A stretch of 62,502 nt of DNA, counting the filler. It is 21 parts of 21 records of this genome, joined end to end, with 100 filler letters (N's around TTAATTAATTAA, not from the genome) between each part and the next. Parts side by side here need not be neighbours in the genome. Positions count along the whole stretch, not along the records: positions 44,458 to 46,653 come from SRR36015645_17012; positions 46,754 to 48,767 come from SRR36015645_17654; positions 48,868 to 51,529 come from SRR36015645_17710; positions 51,630 to 56,379 come from SRR36015645_17844; positions 56,480 to 59,721 come from SRR36015645_18222; 16 more parts are not named here. One strand, 5' to 3'. The position numbers and the translations under genes are program-made. Position 1 is the stretch's first letter, and each line of letters starts with the position of its first letter. The notes under the pieces are model-generated. The model did no database searches and was not told the origin of the DNA. It saw only the letters and a list, made by a program, of their open reading frames with translations. Shown piece after piece: positions 44,458-57,659 of the stretch.

Positions 44458-46653
44458 GCAGCTTGACGACTGATGGAAATGCATGTTTACACTTGATGCA
44501 CTTGAACTGTCCCTTGCGCACATGTATCGGAACATTGCATGGTGCGCTCCCTCGCAGTAGGCCTTGAGGGTTGGCAGGAGTTATGAAGATTGGCAACTCT
44601 GTAGGGCCATGACGTTCATCTACTTCAAGAATGCGCAGGTGCACATTGGGGTGCGAACGAAACTGATGTGATAGCAACGACTTCTTTGCATCGAACTGTT
44701 TCCCGCAAGCCGCACAGATAAATTTGCGAATGTATATTGGTGATAATGGCCCACTTTCTTCCAGACCTTCGACATCTATTTTCAAGCTAGAGACATCAGT
44801 AGTGACTACACCATTCCCATTTTCGGTACTGACACTGCGAGTGATTCTAACTTCCTCACCATTGCCATTCCTTGCCCTAATTTTATAAGCCTCCGATGCT
44901 GTTAGCACAGATTCTTTTGCATTCTTTGAAGCTCCACCATTTTTCGAATCAGCTTGATTTGCTACGCTAGTCTTATCATTACCTGCTGCCTCATGATTGG
45001 CTTTGCCAGCTACTGCTTGTATTCTCAACACACGTTTTGATACCTCCTTGTTATCTCCGTTCTTGCTGCCGGTCTCGACACTCTCAACGTTACTGTCATC
45101 ACCTTTGTCGATCTTCGATACCCGTGACCGACAACGTTTAGTATGTTTTGCATATAAAGACTGCCTGTAGAAAATCCTCTGACATTCCACGCAGCAGAAG
45201 CTTACTGATCGTTTTGCAAGGCTATCTGCCGGTACATTCTTAGCGGCAAAACGAAAATCAGGGGGAAAATTATACTTCTGGAAATGCTTGAAGTTCCGCT
45301 TTTTCTTGTTTTTTGGCGGTGTTTCTGTATATATTCCGTCACTGACCCAGGTCCTGCTATCCGACTCTATGTTGTGGTATCTGCCGTCCAAGTAATTTGC
45401 TAGGTTTTCTACTGTATTCTTGCTGACTCCACACTGGAGAAGCTCGCGAGGGGTGTCAAATGGCTTCTTGCTTGTTAACTGTTGAGCGATACTCGTTTGT
45501 TGGTGTTTGTGTGCCAACCGTCGATGACGGCTCATGTTTACATACTCCATAAAACTCTTGTGGCACACGGTACACGCATATTTATACGATGGATTTTTCA
45601 TTGTCAGGTTACGTTTGAATATGATCTTCGCTTCTTCATTTCGAATTAAAGTAATTCTATTCGATTCGATAGTTTCGTCATGCGTCCATAAGTGATCAGT
45701 GAGAATTGATTCCGTTTCAAAAAACTTACTGCAAAATGCACACAGGTAGAATCGCTCCTTATGTTGTTTGCTGATGTGTTTCTTCAAATCGTTACTTTGC
45801 ACAAACAAGGCAGCGCAATACTTGCATCGATGTGGTTTGCAGTTTTCATGGATGCGCTCGTGTCGTTTTTGATTGGTTGCTGTCGGAAAGCACTTGCTGC
45901 AGTACTTACATGAATATGGCTTGTCACCTGTGTGTGTCAACATGTGCCTCACAAGTCCCTGGCGCTGTTTAAATTTCACGTTGCATAAATCGCAAATGTG
46001 CCCTTTCTTTTTTTGGCTTTTGTGATCGTCCAAATGTGATGTCAGATCTGCGCTGTTGTCAAATAGCTCACCGCAATAGTGACACCTAAACAATCCTGGA
46101 AACTTTTTATTTGATTTTTCCGCTTTGCCTTGCGAATCAAAACCATTAACTTTGGCATTTAAGTTCTTACTACTATCTGGAAAAGCCAAATCAGAAATGG
46201 CACTGCTAACATATGCGGAACAAATATCAGTTTCGAAACTTGTGTCCATGACCAAACATGAATTGCCTTGGGTAGACGTGTATGTGTGATCCGTGTCAAC
46301 CTTGTTTGCTGCTTCCAGAACATCCTTCAACTGTAGTTTGCTAAACAGACGCTCTTTTAGATCGACGGGACTCGGCAAGTTTTTCGGACTCGCCATGCTG
46401 ACACTGATGGCTGGAATTGTTGCAATCGATGTATCACTTCTCGCCGGACTTACCAAGTTTGGAGAATTCAATACAACTGGTGAAGTTGGTGAGTTATCTT
46501 GCAAGTCCTGTGTGTTCACGTTAAGTGGCTGTGATACCTTTATGCTACAGTTAGCTATGTCGGCACTGCACAAGTAGTTACAGTTGATGTGAGTCCTCAA
46601 GTAGTGACGCTTTAAGCTGAACACACTCGTGTAAGCATTCAATTCGCATATAT
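44458..46653 (-). CDS. PRDM2: Large exon of a host C2H2 zinc-finger gene, PRDM2/RIZ-like
   Basis: Multiple C2H2 fingers with a TGDKPY linker. QGLVRHM, CKYC..TNQKRHERIH, VNMSRHRRLAH, SKNTVENLANYLDG and HQFRSHP resemble motifs recalled from PRDM2's large exon. The PR/SET domain is not in view. Confidence 0.55.
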
Positions 46654-48239
46654 NNNNNNNNNNNNNNNNNNNNNNNNNNNNNNNNNNNNNNNNNNNNTTA
46701 ATTAATTAANNNNNNNNNNNNNNNNNNNNNNNNNNNNNNNNNNNNNNNNNNNNATACACATAGGGGGTAGATTTAATTTTAGTTTATTTATAGGTTGTTG
46801 ACTTTGATATAGTCCGATACTAGCTTGCGGTACATCTTGCATCCGGTATAAAATACCATATTCAATCAGTATTGATTAGTAGAATACTATTCACTAATAT
46901 AACTAGGATACCACCCACGCCACAGGATATACATGTAGGCCTTGAATGTTGTCAGCACTGACAAAACACTCTGTTGTAATTGTATAGTTTTTGCAGCACA
47001 CGAGATGTCTTGTTATACCAATTTGTATATTGTCGTATGAAATACAGAATAAACATTTTTCCAAAGTATAATGAGTTCTCAATTCTACCGCAGTGTTTAC
47101 TTGAAGCAGTATTTTAGTTCATGAAACCATTCTCCCATGCTGAATAAATACACTATGCCCAATCAATATACGGAACATTGATTTTATTTTATTTTTTATG
47201 TAGGCTCCTAATTAAGGTTGTCATGATATGACTACACAAAGGTTGTATAGTGTAGTCCGACGCTCCCAGATACATGGCAGAGTTCGTGCCAGAGCATGCG
47301 ACGACGCTCCGGCACAACATTACCGATAACGTGCGCACCCGTTCTTTCGCATGCCTGGCCCAGGCGAAGGCGATAATATTTATACCCTAGACAGCTCTGT
47401 ACTTCTGCCCATTGTGGAATTTGTTACCGTGTTACTAAGCTGGAGTAGGAAACTGGACCAAGTGAAAATCCCATTTTTCATTTCTGGGTAGTATAACCTT
47501 AGAAGTACTGCTCTTAATGATATAGAATTTTCGATGCATGCTTGCTTAATAATATGATATTAACAAAATGCGTAAATTTTCATCTGAATAGTTTCGTTAG
47601 TTTCGGAATTATGGGATAGGAAACAAGATGGTGCCTATGACAATACTGGGTTATGTTACCAAACTAAAAATCTTACAAATGCTTCACAACTTGCCCCAAT
47701 CACGAAAGAAGATGGCGGCGACTGTGCTAGTCGCGGTAAGGTAGCTCCGTTTTAAACAGTGTGTTTTATCTTGTTATTTACCGATTTCTGAGCTGAAAAA
47801 TGGACTAGCTCTGTACAAAGCTGTAGAGGTGAGGTGGTTGACGTATCATGATCATGACCGTTCGTCTAGGCCTATAAACTGATGGACTGTTTGGTGTCGT
47901 ATGATGTCCCATGCTGGTACGTGTGGATGGACTTAGCCCGTTTCAGTACATTTTCGGTGCAACTTGGCAAAGACTCCTCGCATTTTTTCCATCGGGGATC
48001 ATACAATAATGTCGACGAAAACTAGACTAAACAAGGCGGCTGCCATGCAAATTTTCAACGTGCAGCATTGTCACCGCGTCTACGTTCCGCATTTGAGACT
48101 TCTCCACCTGTAATCGCCTACACTTGCCAGGGTGATTCTGTCTCGTAAGGCCATGCCAGTTTTTACATGTGTTTAGTGTGCCGAGTGATTAAATTTTTCA
48201 AGCTGGTGCTGAAATAAGACTGACGTAAATAGCGCAAAT

Positions 48240-48767
48240 ATGTCATTGGAAGAAAAAGACGCGTTTCCGAACGAAAGTACTGACGTAGCTGAAAGTGAAA
48301 TGAGCTATTCTGACTCAGTTAAAAGGAAGCAGATATCGTCTGACAGTTCTTTTTCGTCTACACCGGAGGCTACTCTACCAAAGTACAAGATATCCCGCAC
48401 AGACACTCTGCCGCCCGATGACTACGCGCAGCAGCTGATGCAAACTTTGTTAAACCCGGTGGTGATTGAAGCAAATGCGAACGCCGTAAAAGAGCTTATT
48501 ATGAAAGAAATAAGGAAAGACATTCAGGAAATGATCGAACTGAAGGTGCAGGAGAGGTGTGACGTCATCGTTGAACAGCAAGTTGCCGAGAAATGTGAGA
48601 TTGCTCTTCACGAAACACACCAGGCTATCGAAACATTGCGTGCGGAGAACGAATCATTACGTGCCAAGCTCCTCCAAGTCGAAACCAAAATTCAGGCCCA
48701 TGACGCCCGCGACGACGAGTTGGAGCAATACGGGCGTCGTAACGCCGTACGCATATGGGGCATCCCG
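48240..48767 (+). CDS. LINE ORF1-type protein related to 6123..7067, truncated
   Basis: Shares DSS..TP.A.LPKY.I.R and ARDDELEQYGRRN.VRIWGI. Confidence 0.85.
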
Positions 48768-48867
48768 NNNNNNNNNNNNNNNNNNNNNNNNNNNNNNNNN
48801 NNNNNNNNNNNTTAATTAATTAANNNNNNNNNNNNNNNNNNNNNNNNNNNNNNNNNNNNNNNNNNNN

Positions 48868-50989
48868 AATATCGGTCTCCATTCTTTTGAATCTGCTGAT
48901 CAAATTTAGAAGTATCAAACTTCATTTCAACATTTTCAATTTCAGCAGACTTGATTCCGAATGATTCCAACTCCCAGAAATTCTTCACGATCTTCTCTAG
49001 TTTGGCTGTACTCCTCCCCCTGTCTTTTATATTAGTTAAAAGACAATTGGACGATTTATCAGGACCACGTGTCCTGCCATGTAGCAGCCAACCAAACAGG
49101 GTTTTAAAAGCAACAGGTGCTTCAACAGGCCCTCTTATAATATCCTCGATACAATTCCAATAGTAATCAACGCCAATCAGAAGACTAATTACAATTTCTG
49201 ATTGACTATCAAATACAAATGGAATATTAATTAAATGAGGCCAATTAGAGGCTTCCATGTAAGGATTCAATGTTGGAATTGGTTCACAGATTGAATCTAC
49301 AACTCGTGCTGTCATAGTAAGAGATTTAGTTGGGTCAAATTGATTTGATACGACTAACTCAACTACGTCAGTCTCATTAGAACTTGAGTTCTGAAATGAG
49401 TTCACTTGTTCAGATACCCTATCTACAACCTTCAAATTTAGCTTCTTCACTATGTCTTTAGTAATGTAAGAATAATTGCTACAGTCATCTATAACAATAC
49501 CTACATGAGACCTGTCATGATCTCCAGATATTATAGCTGTAGTTGTTTTCAGCATAGTAGTCATGTTAGGATCATACTGATGCTGATTAACAATTCCAGT
49601 GAAAGAAGTTTTATGCGGATAGTTATCTGCCCTATCAGAGTCGTGGGTCTTTGGCTTACTACTAGTATCAGTAGAACCAGCAGACACATCATGTTTTTTC
49701 TGGAAAGACTGGGAATTACCTCCCCCAGTTTTCAAGTTATCATCATGCAATAAATAGTGATGTATACCATTACAAAACTTACATTTCCATTGAGATTTGC
49801 ATTGTTTGGAAACATGACTTTTAGATAGACATCTAAAACATAAGCCTTGCTTCCAAGCAATATCTCGCCTTTCTTTGGCAGTCATTTGTTTAAATTTATC
49901 GCACTGATAAATTTTATGCTGTCGGTCACAGTACAAGCAGTTAGACTTTATTTTGGACTGAAAGTTCTCTCTGTCTTGTCTGTTATCTGAGCCAGAAGCA
50001 ACATTCAGAGCAGAAGCAGTTCCATACCTAGGATTTTTGGTAGCAGCAGCACTAGGTTCACTTTTTATGTCACGAAAGGCGCGTTCACGGACGACTACTT
50101 CCTCCGTCAAAAATTTCATAAGCTGCGTCACGGTTTTACGCAATAGCGTGTCCTTACGATTCCATTCGATTCGCAAAGCAGGCGGCAGTTTAGACTCAAT
50201 AAGCGGAATAAGAAAGCAAGCATATTTGTCATCCGTTACTTTTAGCGATTTCAACCCGCGCACATTTAATTCAAGATTGTCCAAGAAATGTCGCAATGCT
50301 TTATGTTCTGTATTTTTCGGAACTTCTAAACCAATCAAGTTTTTTATTAAGCATTCAATCTGGATCTCATCATTTCCAAATCTAGCTACCAAAATTTCCT
50401 TAGCTTCTGTATAGTTAGCTTCAGTCAAAGCAAATCCTTCAATGGATACTAATGCTTCACCCCTTAATTGTCCTCTTAAATAGCTAAATTTTTGTACTAA
50501 CGGCAGATCATCATTCTGATCGACAGTCGCACAAAATATTTCCCAAAAGCTGAGCCATTGCAGAGGTTTACCATCAAAGGTTGGCAAACTGATCTTTGGC
50601 AGCCTAATACTCTGATTTTGACCTTTAGAGATCTTAGACATGTTAGATACACTTTCCAATGATTCAGCTTTGTTTACCACACGGTTAGCCTTATCAAGTA
50701 TGTATACAGCATTAGTATTATATTCCTCAACCTTTGTGACTTCTGCATTAATATCTTCCTCAGAAGTGTCTTCTAGAGACATCATAACAGAAATAATTCC
50801 ATTATTCTGGGAACTAAGATGTTCAAATTTAGTTTCTAGAACCCGCTTAAGCCCATGAACCTTCTCAATATCAACCTCTGGCTCTTCAAGCGCTGCCTTT
50901 AAATTATTGATAGCCGTAGTGACTATTCCCCGCTGAGGCGCTCTAAATTTTTTAAGCGTAGTTAAATTTTGCTTAACATCATCACCCAT
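48868..50989 (-). CDS. BEL/Pao gag-protease region (DUF1759-like capsid, three Cys/His knuckles, protease-like region), truncated
   Basis: IRLPKISLPTFDG..W..F, KFSYLR, CLYC..H..C, CFRC..H..C, CKFC..HH.LLH, LLIGVDYYW, FGWLLHG and FWELESFG. Confidence 0.9.
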
Positions 50990-51085
50990 AGTGACTTTAT
51001 AGTGTTGATTACCAGAAGAAAAAAATATCAATACAAGCTGATATTCTCAAAGTTGCCAATATTTAACAAAAAACAATCCAGAAAT

Positions 51086-51135
51086 ATTACCTGACTTTTC
51101 CAGGTCCAAAATTACCTGACTTTTCCAGGTCCAAT
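51086..51135. repeat. 25-bp direct duplication in the BEL 5' leader
   Basis: ATTACCTGACTTTTCCAGGTCCAA occurs twice. Confidence 0.85.
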
Positions 51136-51629
51136 ATCCTCAACTGACAATGGCAACACTAATCATGCTAATCCTAATCAATAGGCCTACAAGGAATTCA
51201 ACACTATTACATTTTCAAATTATCTTTAAACAAGTTAAAATTGGCAAGCAATGTTCCCATAAGTTACTTAATTTACAACAAAAAAATAGCTATATGAAAG
51301 AGCAAACTATTCAACTTTTGTCACAAAAAAATTAGAACAAGAATTATAATGGGTCGACTATGTTTGTGCGTTTTAATCTATCACACAAATAGTCCAAGTA
51401 TTCTTTACGCCTACTTCTTAACCAAACTGTACGCATTCATGTAGCATACAGGTAGTCAGTCTATCAAAAATGTCCTATCATTCCGGGATTACTGTACAAT
51501 ACCAAAATGCATGTTTTAAACTATCATGCNNNNNNNNNNNNNNNNNNNNNNNNNNNNNNNNNNNNNNNNNNNNTTAATTAATTAANNNNNNNNNNNNNNN
51601 NNNNNNNNNNNNNNNNNNNNNNNNNNNNN

Positions 51630-54600
51630 AATCTCGTCTTCAACCATATTTTCCTTGCACATCAAACAGAGTCTTTTATCAGCAGGTATACATGGCTTAG
51701 TGTAGCGTCCAGTTTCTATACTTAACTGATGTGAACTGAGCCTAAATCTGCTAAGTGCGCAAAAATAGTTCTCATACATATTAAGTGAGAGATGAAAACT
51801 ACGTACAAAATCCTCTTTGAACAATATATATGTCCTTAGTTTGGGTTGAGAGATTATCTGGTTTTTCCAAGATACAATGTATTGCTTTTGCAGGAGTTTT
51901 TTAATATTTACAATTGAAATGACGGAACTATCTTGATTACTCCATGCATTTTGTACTTTACATTCCTCAAGTAAATGTCTAATATGTGTCACCCAAGTAA
52001 TGAACCCCAGACTATCTAATTGCTTTAAATGATTATAAACTTTATATAGCGGACTATCTTTATTACTATTTATAATTCTCATCCAGTATTTTATCGCTCT
52101 AGTTTTAAACCGAAGGACCAGCGGAAACCTTTCTAGTTCAGCTAAGACAGCTAGTGTAGGAGTTTGCTTTTTTACTCTCAATGTTTGCTTGTAATACTTT
52201 AATTGAACAGTTTCTAATGTACTTTTTGTGTCATATTTCCACCAAATTTCTGAGTTGTATTCTATAATGGGTAAAACAGTTGTGTCAAACAAAAATAATT
52301 TTAATGATGGAGGAATGGAACCAATACTCTCTGTATAAAATTTTTGGGCAAAAGTAGCCTTTTCTGCCTTTTCTTTAATATATGTGAAGCAGTTAGCAAA
52401 CTGGTTTCGACCACCACTGAAGACTGTGCCAAGGTATTTATAAGAGTCAACAACATCAACTCGCACATTATTGTAGTATAGAGAATAAGCGTTACTATTT
52501 GTGTCACCATACACTAGCAATTTAGTTTTCGTTAAATTAACGATCAATTGCCATTTACTGCAGAATTTGTATAAAGCATCTAAATTTTTCTGCAGCAGTT
52601 CTGGGGAGGGGGCGAGTATAACCAAATCGTCAGCCCATAACAAGTAGGTAACCACAATGTCTCCAACAAGAGCCCCCACGTAGTCTATTAGGTACAACTT
52701 TAAATCTTTGAGAAACTCTTTAAACTCTAAAGGACTAAGAATGCCACCCTGTTGCACTCCTAGCTCATCGTAAATAAACTTAGACAAAAGGCCATCTATA
52801 CATATTGTTGATCTAGACATAGTCATCATCGAAGAAATAATCTTAAAAAATTTACCTTGAATACCCCCCTTCATTAGTTTATATTTCAAAAATGTTCTGT
52901 TCACAGTGTCAAAAGCTTTGCTAAAGTCAATAAAACATACAAATAGTTTTTGATTGAGAGCTATGTGTTTTTCAATTATTCCATTTAAAATAAATATGTT
53001 GTCTGTAGTTCTGCTATCTTTTTTAAACCCTCCCTGAAATACATCCTCCCGATTGGATGACTCGTTTAGAAAATTCCATCTATTTGATAAGGTGCCGTCG
53101 AAAATTTTACTTATGGCTGATAATATTGTGATTTTTCGATAGTTATTTGGGTCCAGTTTTTCATCAGCTTTGTAGATCGGTCGTATAATTCCTTCTGCCC
53201 ACTGATCTGGATATGCACCATTATCAAAAACGTAATTGAATAATAGGCACAATGGATCTATTAGTAAGTCTAACGAGTATTTGAACATCTCAGCAGGGAT
53301 GCCATCTATACCAGTTGCTTTTCTATCCTTCAGATTCTGAATTGTGTTTGCAATTTCTATCCGCGAGATAGGTCCATTAAGTACATCATCAAACATTTCA
53401 TTGCATATAATATCAGCATCAGGTGCATTTTCATACTTTTGCACAAACAGCGTTATTTCCTTTTCGAATTTCTTGTCAAAGGATGAATTCTCTTGAGGCT
53501 TAGCCATCTTAGAATAGTGCTCATAGAACATGTCCAATGATATAGCAGAAGATGATGCCTTGCTCTCCCTCAAGCCTTTCAGCTTAGTCCATATGTCAGC
53601 ACTATTTTTATATATGCTTTCTTGAAGTTCAGAAATTTTTGATGCTTGATACTGCCTCTTCGAGCTCTGTGTAATTTGTTTGTAAGATTTTACCTTGGCC
53701 AAAGCATTGTCACTTATTTTGTTGTTAGCGTCTGATTCTTTAATGGCTGAATGTGCTATTGCCTTTGCTATTTTGCACTCTTCAGTGAACCAAGCATTAC
53801 ATGGAAATTTACGGCGCTTACTAATATTGGTATGCGTCTTACTTGTCTTCTTCAAGAAAGATTTATTTGCTGCACAAGTGATATAGTCCTTTAGTAGATC
53901 CCAAGCTGCGGTTGTTGATATATAGCCTTCTGCTATTTTTTCTTCAAATAAGAAACGGAGATATATGGAATCATCTTGAGTTAAATTGGATAGGAATGTA
54001 TTAGTTTTGTCTATGTCAAAACAAAATTTCGAAAGTTTTCTATCTAGGATATGAATTTGCGGTTGTTCTTCCTTATGCTGTTGAGATGAGAGTGAGAAAG
54101 TAATTGGTCTATGGTCTGTACCAATAAGAAGTTGGCCAACATTAAAATCACTTAGAAGATTTACATTGCTGTAGTGGCATAGTAAGTAATCAATAGTACT
54201 CTTCCCATTTTTTGAAAGGAATGTAAAGTTACCAATATTTTTATCATTAAACAGTCTTCCATTGATTATTTTCAAGAAAGTAGCTTTGCATAGATCTAAT
54301 AATAACTTACCAGAGTTGTTTACAACCATGTCTAGGTTTGCTCGTTTAAGAAACTGGCTTGGAGGAGAAAAATTAACATCGTCAATAATAGTTTTCAAGT
54401 GAAAATCATCTCCTTCTTCAAGCAAAGTATAATCAGGCATATTACCAGTCCGTGCGTTAAAGTCACCAGTAATGAATACTGCCCCAGTACCTAGAAAAGC
54501 ACATACATTCTCTTGAATATCATTAAATATATCGTCAGGTGAAATTCCTTCTTTATAGATATATGAATTAGCTGGCGGGATATACACAAAGCAAATGAAG

Positions 54601-54938
54601 ATTGGTTTTGCTTGAACGTCTAGCTGCTTAATTTTAATCCATATATAATGTTCAGTTTTTAAAATAATTTCAACTATGTTACTAATGGAATGTTTTACCA
54701 AGAGAGCTAATCCTCCAGCGTATCTGATTGCTTTTTTGTGTTTCGACTTCCTTGGAAAACTGTGAAATGCATAGTCAATTTGTAATTTAGGATCATAATC
54801 TGGTTCTAACCAGGTCTCATTAAAAAATATAATATCATGCTCTAAAATAAAGTTGCACACTTCGTCATCTACAATTTTATTTTTGAGCCCATTTATGTTC
54901 CAGCTTGCTATTTTAATTATGTATTCACTAAAAACCAC
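51630..54938 (-). CDS. RTEX-like LINE ORF2 (APE + RT + C-terminal Cys/His), nearly complete, no AUG before the endonuclease
   Basis: SWNING, NETW, YIPP, GDFNARTG, STIDY, TDH, NYRKITI, DFSKAFD, GVQQGGILSP, LWADD, YKYLG and RLSSHQLSIETGRY..CLMC. Confidence 0.93.
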
Positions 54939-55045
54939 TTTTTCTATATTTCCATATTCAATGCCTACCGGTACTTCATTTTCTTCAGTTGTGCTTTTAC
55001 TAGGTTTCGAGAATTCCTTTCTTGCTTTCCAGTGTGACGATACAC

Positions 55046-56379
55046 TTAGATTGGGAGGTGAATTGGAGATTGGTGAAAATTTCCAGGATGTGGAGTTCCA
55101 GCAAAAGAAGTGAGCACTGCCGCTTTCATACTTTTGGTCAGAAGTGATTTACCTGTTTTATTTAAGTGGATCCTGTCATTGTACAGATCGGCATTTATTT
55201 TGCCATCTGCATTTATGAATAAACTCTCGTTATTGATGAAGATAATTCGCTTGCTGTTAGTGGCCTTCTTTTGCATGTGATGGTTAATCTTTATCCTGTC
55301 TTCATTGAATTGATTGCTGTTTAGACGTGGTGGTATGCTGCTGAGAAATATCTTCGCATCTGAAAATGTGCCTAGGGCTTGGTTCGTTAATTTATCTACT
55401 TCCTGTTTAGTTTTTTCGACTGTTTCCGGTTGAGTGCCTGATATATTATTCCCAAACGTTTGTAGGATGATAGCATCATATCTTTTTTCCTCATCACAAT
55501 ACCAATCAAGATTAAAGTTTTGTGATTTAGCTCCTGGATAAGGGTATGTGACTGACTGAATGTTGTTGTCATTTTCTATGTGGGCACCTTGAACTAGAGA
55601 GTTCCCTATAAGACGACAATTAATTTTGTTGCTATCTTGTGCTTCCTGAGTTCTGATCTCTTCAGACATTTCAGTGGCTTGTGTAGGCAAGTTTTGTTGT
55701 GCAGGCTTGTCATGAGTTGAAGTCTGCTTAGGGTAGCCATGGTCTGTGATAGGCAATCTGGCATCACTATTTGCTTTCGCAGGACTTGTTGTACTTAGTT
55801 CATGATGCTGTTGATCAGTTTGTACCATATCACCAGAAATTGTGTCGCAAACCGTAAGAGCTGCATACTGACCTGTGTGAATAAGATTTTGATTATTCTC
55901 GCTGGTTGTTTGCTTCTTTCCATTTTTTTGGTGCGGAATTTGTTGATGAGGTGAAACTGAGAATATCACAGAGTCCATTTTATCGTCAATGGTATCAACT
56001 TTATTCGCAAGAGAATTCAGAGTTCTCGTCAGAGTATCTAATGAAGACATGAGTTTGCCTTGATCACTTTTCATAGTCTCAATCTCGGCTTTTAGTGCCA
56101 TATTTTCAACTCTCGCCTTATTGTTTTCCACTGCCTGGATTTCAGATTTCTTTGAGAGCTTTTGGATTTCAGCTTTCTGTCTTTTGCATACTACACAGTC
56201 AGTGATGCTGATCTTGGCATCTGAATCTTTGTTTTTTCTCTTGTTTTTTATGGGAACCAAATTGTCCCCAACAGGAGCTGGATTGACATCTTGTTGGCCT
56301 TTCTTTCTTTTCTTCTGTCTTTCCTTAGTCTTGTGAACAGGATGAGCATTTATTCCAGCATCTTCACATTGCTGTATAT
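55046..56379 (-). CDS. LINE ORF1 with SGNH esterase domain, 5' truncated
   Basis: Coiled coil, then LIGNSL, PGAK, FGNN, SSIPPR and DRIHLNKTG. Confidence 0.85.
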
Positions 56380-56555
56380 NNNNNNNNNNNNNNNNNNNNN
56401 NNNNNNNNNNNNNNNNNNNNNNNTTAATTAATTAANNNNNNNNNNNNNNNNNNNNNNNNNNNNNNNNNNNNNNNNNNNNAAGGCTGCAGTTAATTTTTTC
56501 TTGATAAGATATCACTAGCGTAAGTTTGCTTAACATACCATACAGGTAGTCAGTC

Positions 56556-57659
56556 ATGTCAGCAGGGGGTGCATCTGGTGGAGATGGAAAACAGATTCCG
56601 CTAAGCGGCAAGGCCAACATGGCCAAGAGTTCGAAGTCAAAAAATGTTAAACCTAAATCGAGGTATAGTGTATCAACACACACGGATGTAATTGACGAAG
56701 TAGGGTATGAATCACCGTTTGACACAGATGGTAACTGTCTAGTTTGTGACAGCCCTGTGTTGGATTTGGAGAAAGGCCTGCAGTGTATGATTTGTGAAAG
56801 ATGGTTTCATATTCAATGTGCGGGTATGGAAGAACCAGTTTACGACACTTTGGTTAACTATAGTTCTGCTAAAAAACTTCATTGGTTCTGCCAAAACTGT
56901 GAATTTGGTTGTAAGAATGTTTTTAAAGCTATTAGTAATATTACGGTCAGGCAGGACAAGTTCGAAAAGGAGCTGGATGTCATGAGAAAGGAAGTTAACT
57001 CTAAATGTGATAAACAGGAGATGCAACAGGTAGTTGAAGTACTGGATGTTGTTCAAACACAAGTTACACAACTGTGTGAGAAAGCTAGCACAAGCTCCGT
57101 AAAATCTGTGATTCAGTCAGAGGTGGGTAATGTTGTCAAAGAGAAAGTGGCAGAGGAGTATGATAGAGAGAGTAGGAAATGCAACATAATTGTTTACAAA
57201 CTAGAGGAGATGGTGGATACTAGTAATAAGAATAAAGGGGTACGTCAGGGTGCTGCTGCTTCGGCAGATAGTGCTAAATCAAATCAACATCTCAGTGATC
57301 TGTCAAAGCTTGCTTCTGTTGGTAAAATAGTAGGTATCGATATGGAAAGTGTAGTTGACAGTTGTACACGTTTAGGGAAAATAGAAAAAGGTGGCCCACC
57401 TAGGCCGCTACTTGTCAGATTCAAGGATTTGTCATCGAAACTTAACTTGCTCAAAAATCTGAATAAGTTAAGCGAATCTGAATATCAGATATTAAGTATT
57501 GAGCAGGACATGTCAAAAAAGGACAGGGAAGCTGCAAAGCAACTTAGGCAAGAGGCCAAGTCCTCAGAAGATAGAGATAAGACGGGGGACTTTATATACA
57601 GAGTCAGGGGCAAACCAGGTTGTCAAAAGATAGTCAAAATGAAAAAGAAAAACCAGTAA
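56556..57659 (+). CDS. CR1 LINE ORF1 with PHD finger
   Basis: CLVC..CMICERWFHIQC..WFCQNC, a coiled coil, RKCNIIVY, RLGK..PRPLLVRF and SIEQD. Confidence 0.9.
   Translation: MSAGGASGGDGKQIPLSGKANMAKSSKSKNVKPKSRYSVSTHTDVIDEVGYESPFDTDGNCLVCDSPVLDLEKGLQCMICERWFHIQCAGMEEPVYDTLVNYSSAKKLHWFCQNCEFGCKNVFKAISNITVRQDKFEKELDVMRKEVNSKCDKQEMQQVVEVLDVVQTQVTQLCEKASTSSVKSVIQSEVGNVVKEKVAEEYDRESRKCNIIVYKLEEMVDTSNKNKGVRQGAAASADSAKSNQHLSDLSKLASVGKIVGIDMESVVDSCTRLGKIEKGGPPRPLLVRFKDLSSKLNLLKNLNKLSESEYQILSIEQDMSKKDREAAKQLRQEAKSSEDRDKTGDFIYRVRGKPGCQKIVKMKKKNQ

Noticed and set aside
38661-51031. BEL pol and BEL gag contigs as a single element
   Set aside because: There is no overlap or linkage evidence, and base composition differs visibly.
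51480-51515. CATTTTGGTATTGTACAG (minus strand) as the BEL LTR end plus primer-binding site
   Set aside because: The position is plausible, but I cannot match it to a tRNA 3' end and the LTR is cut off.
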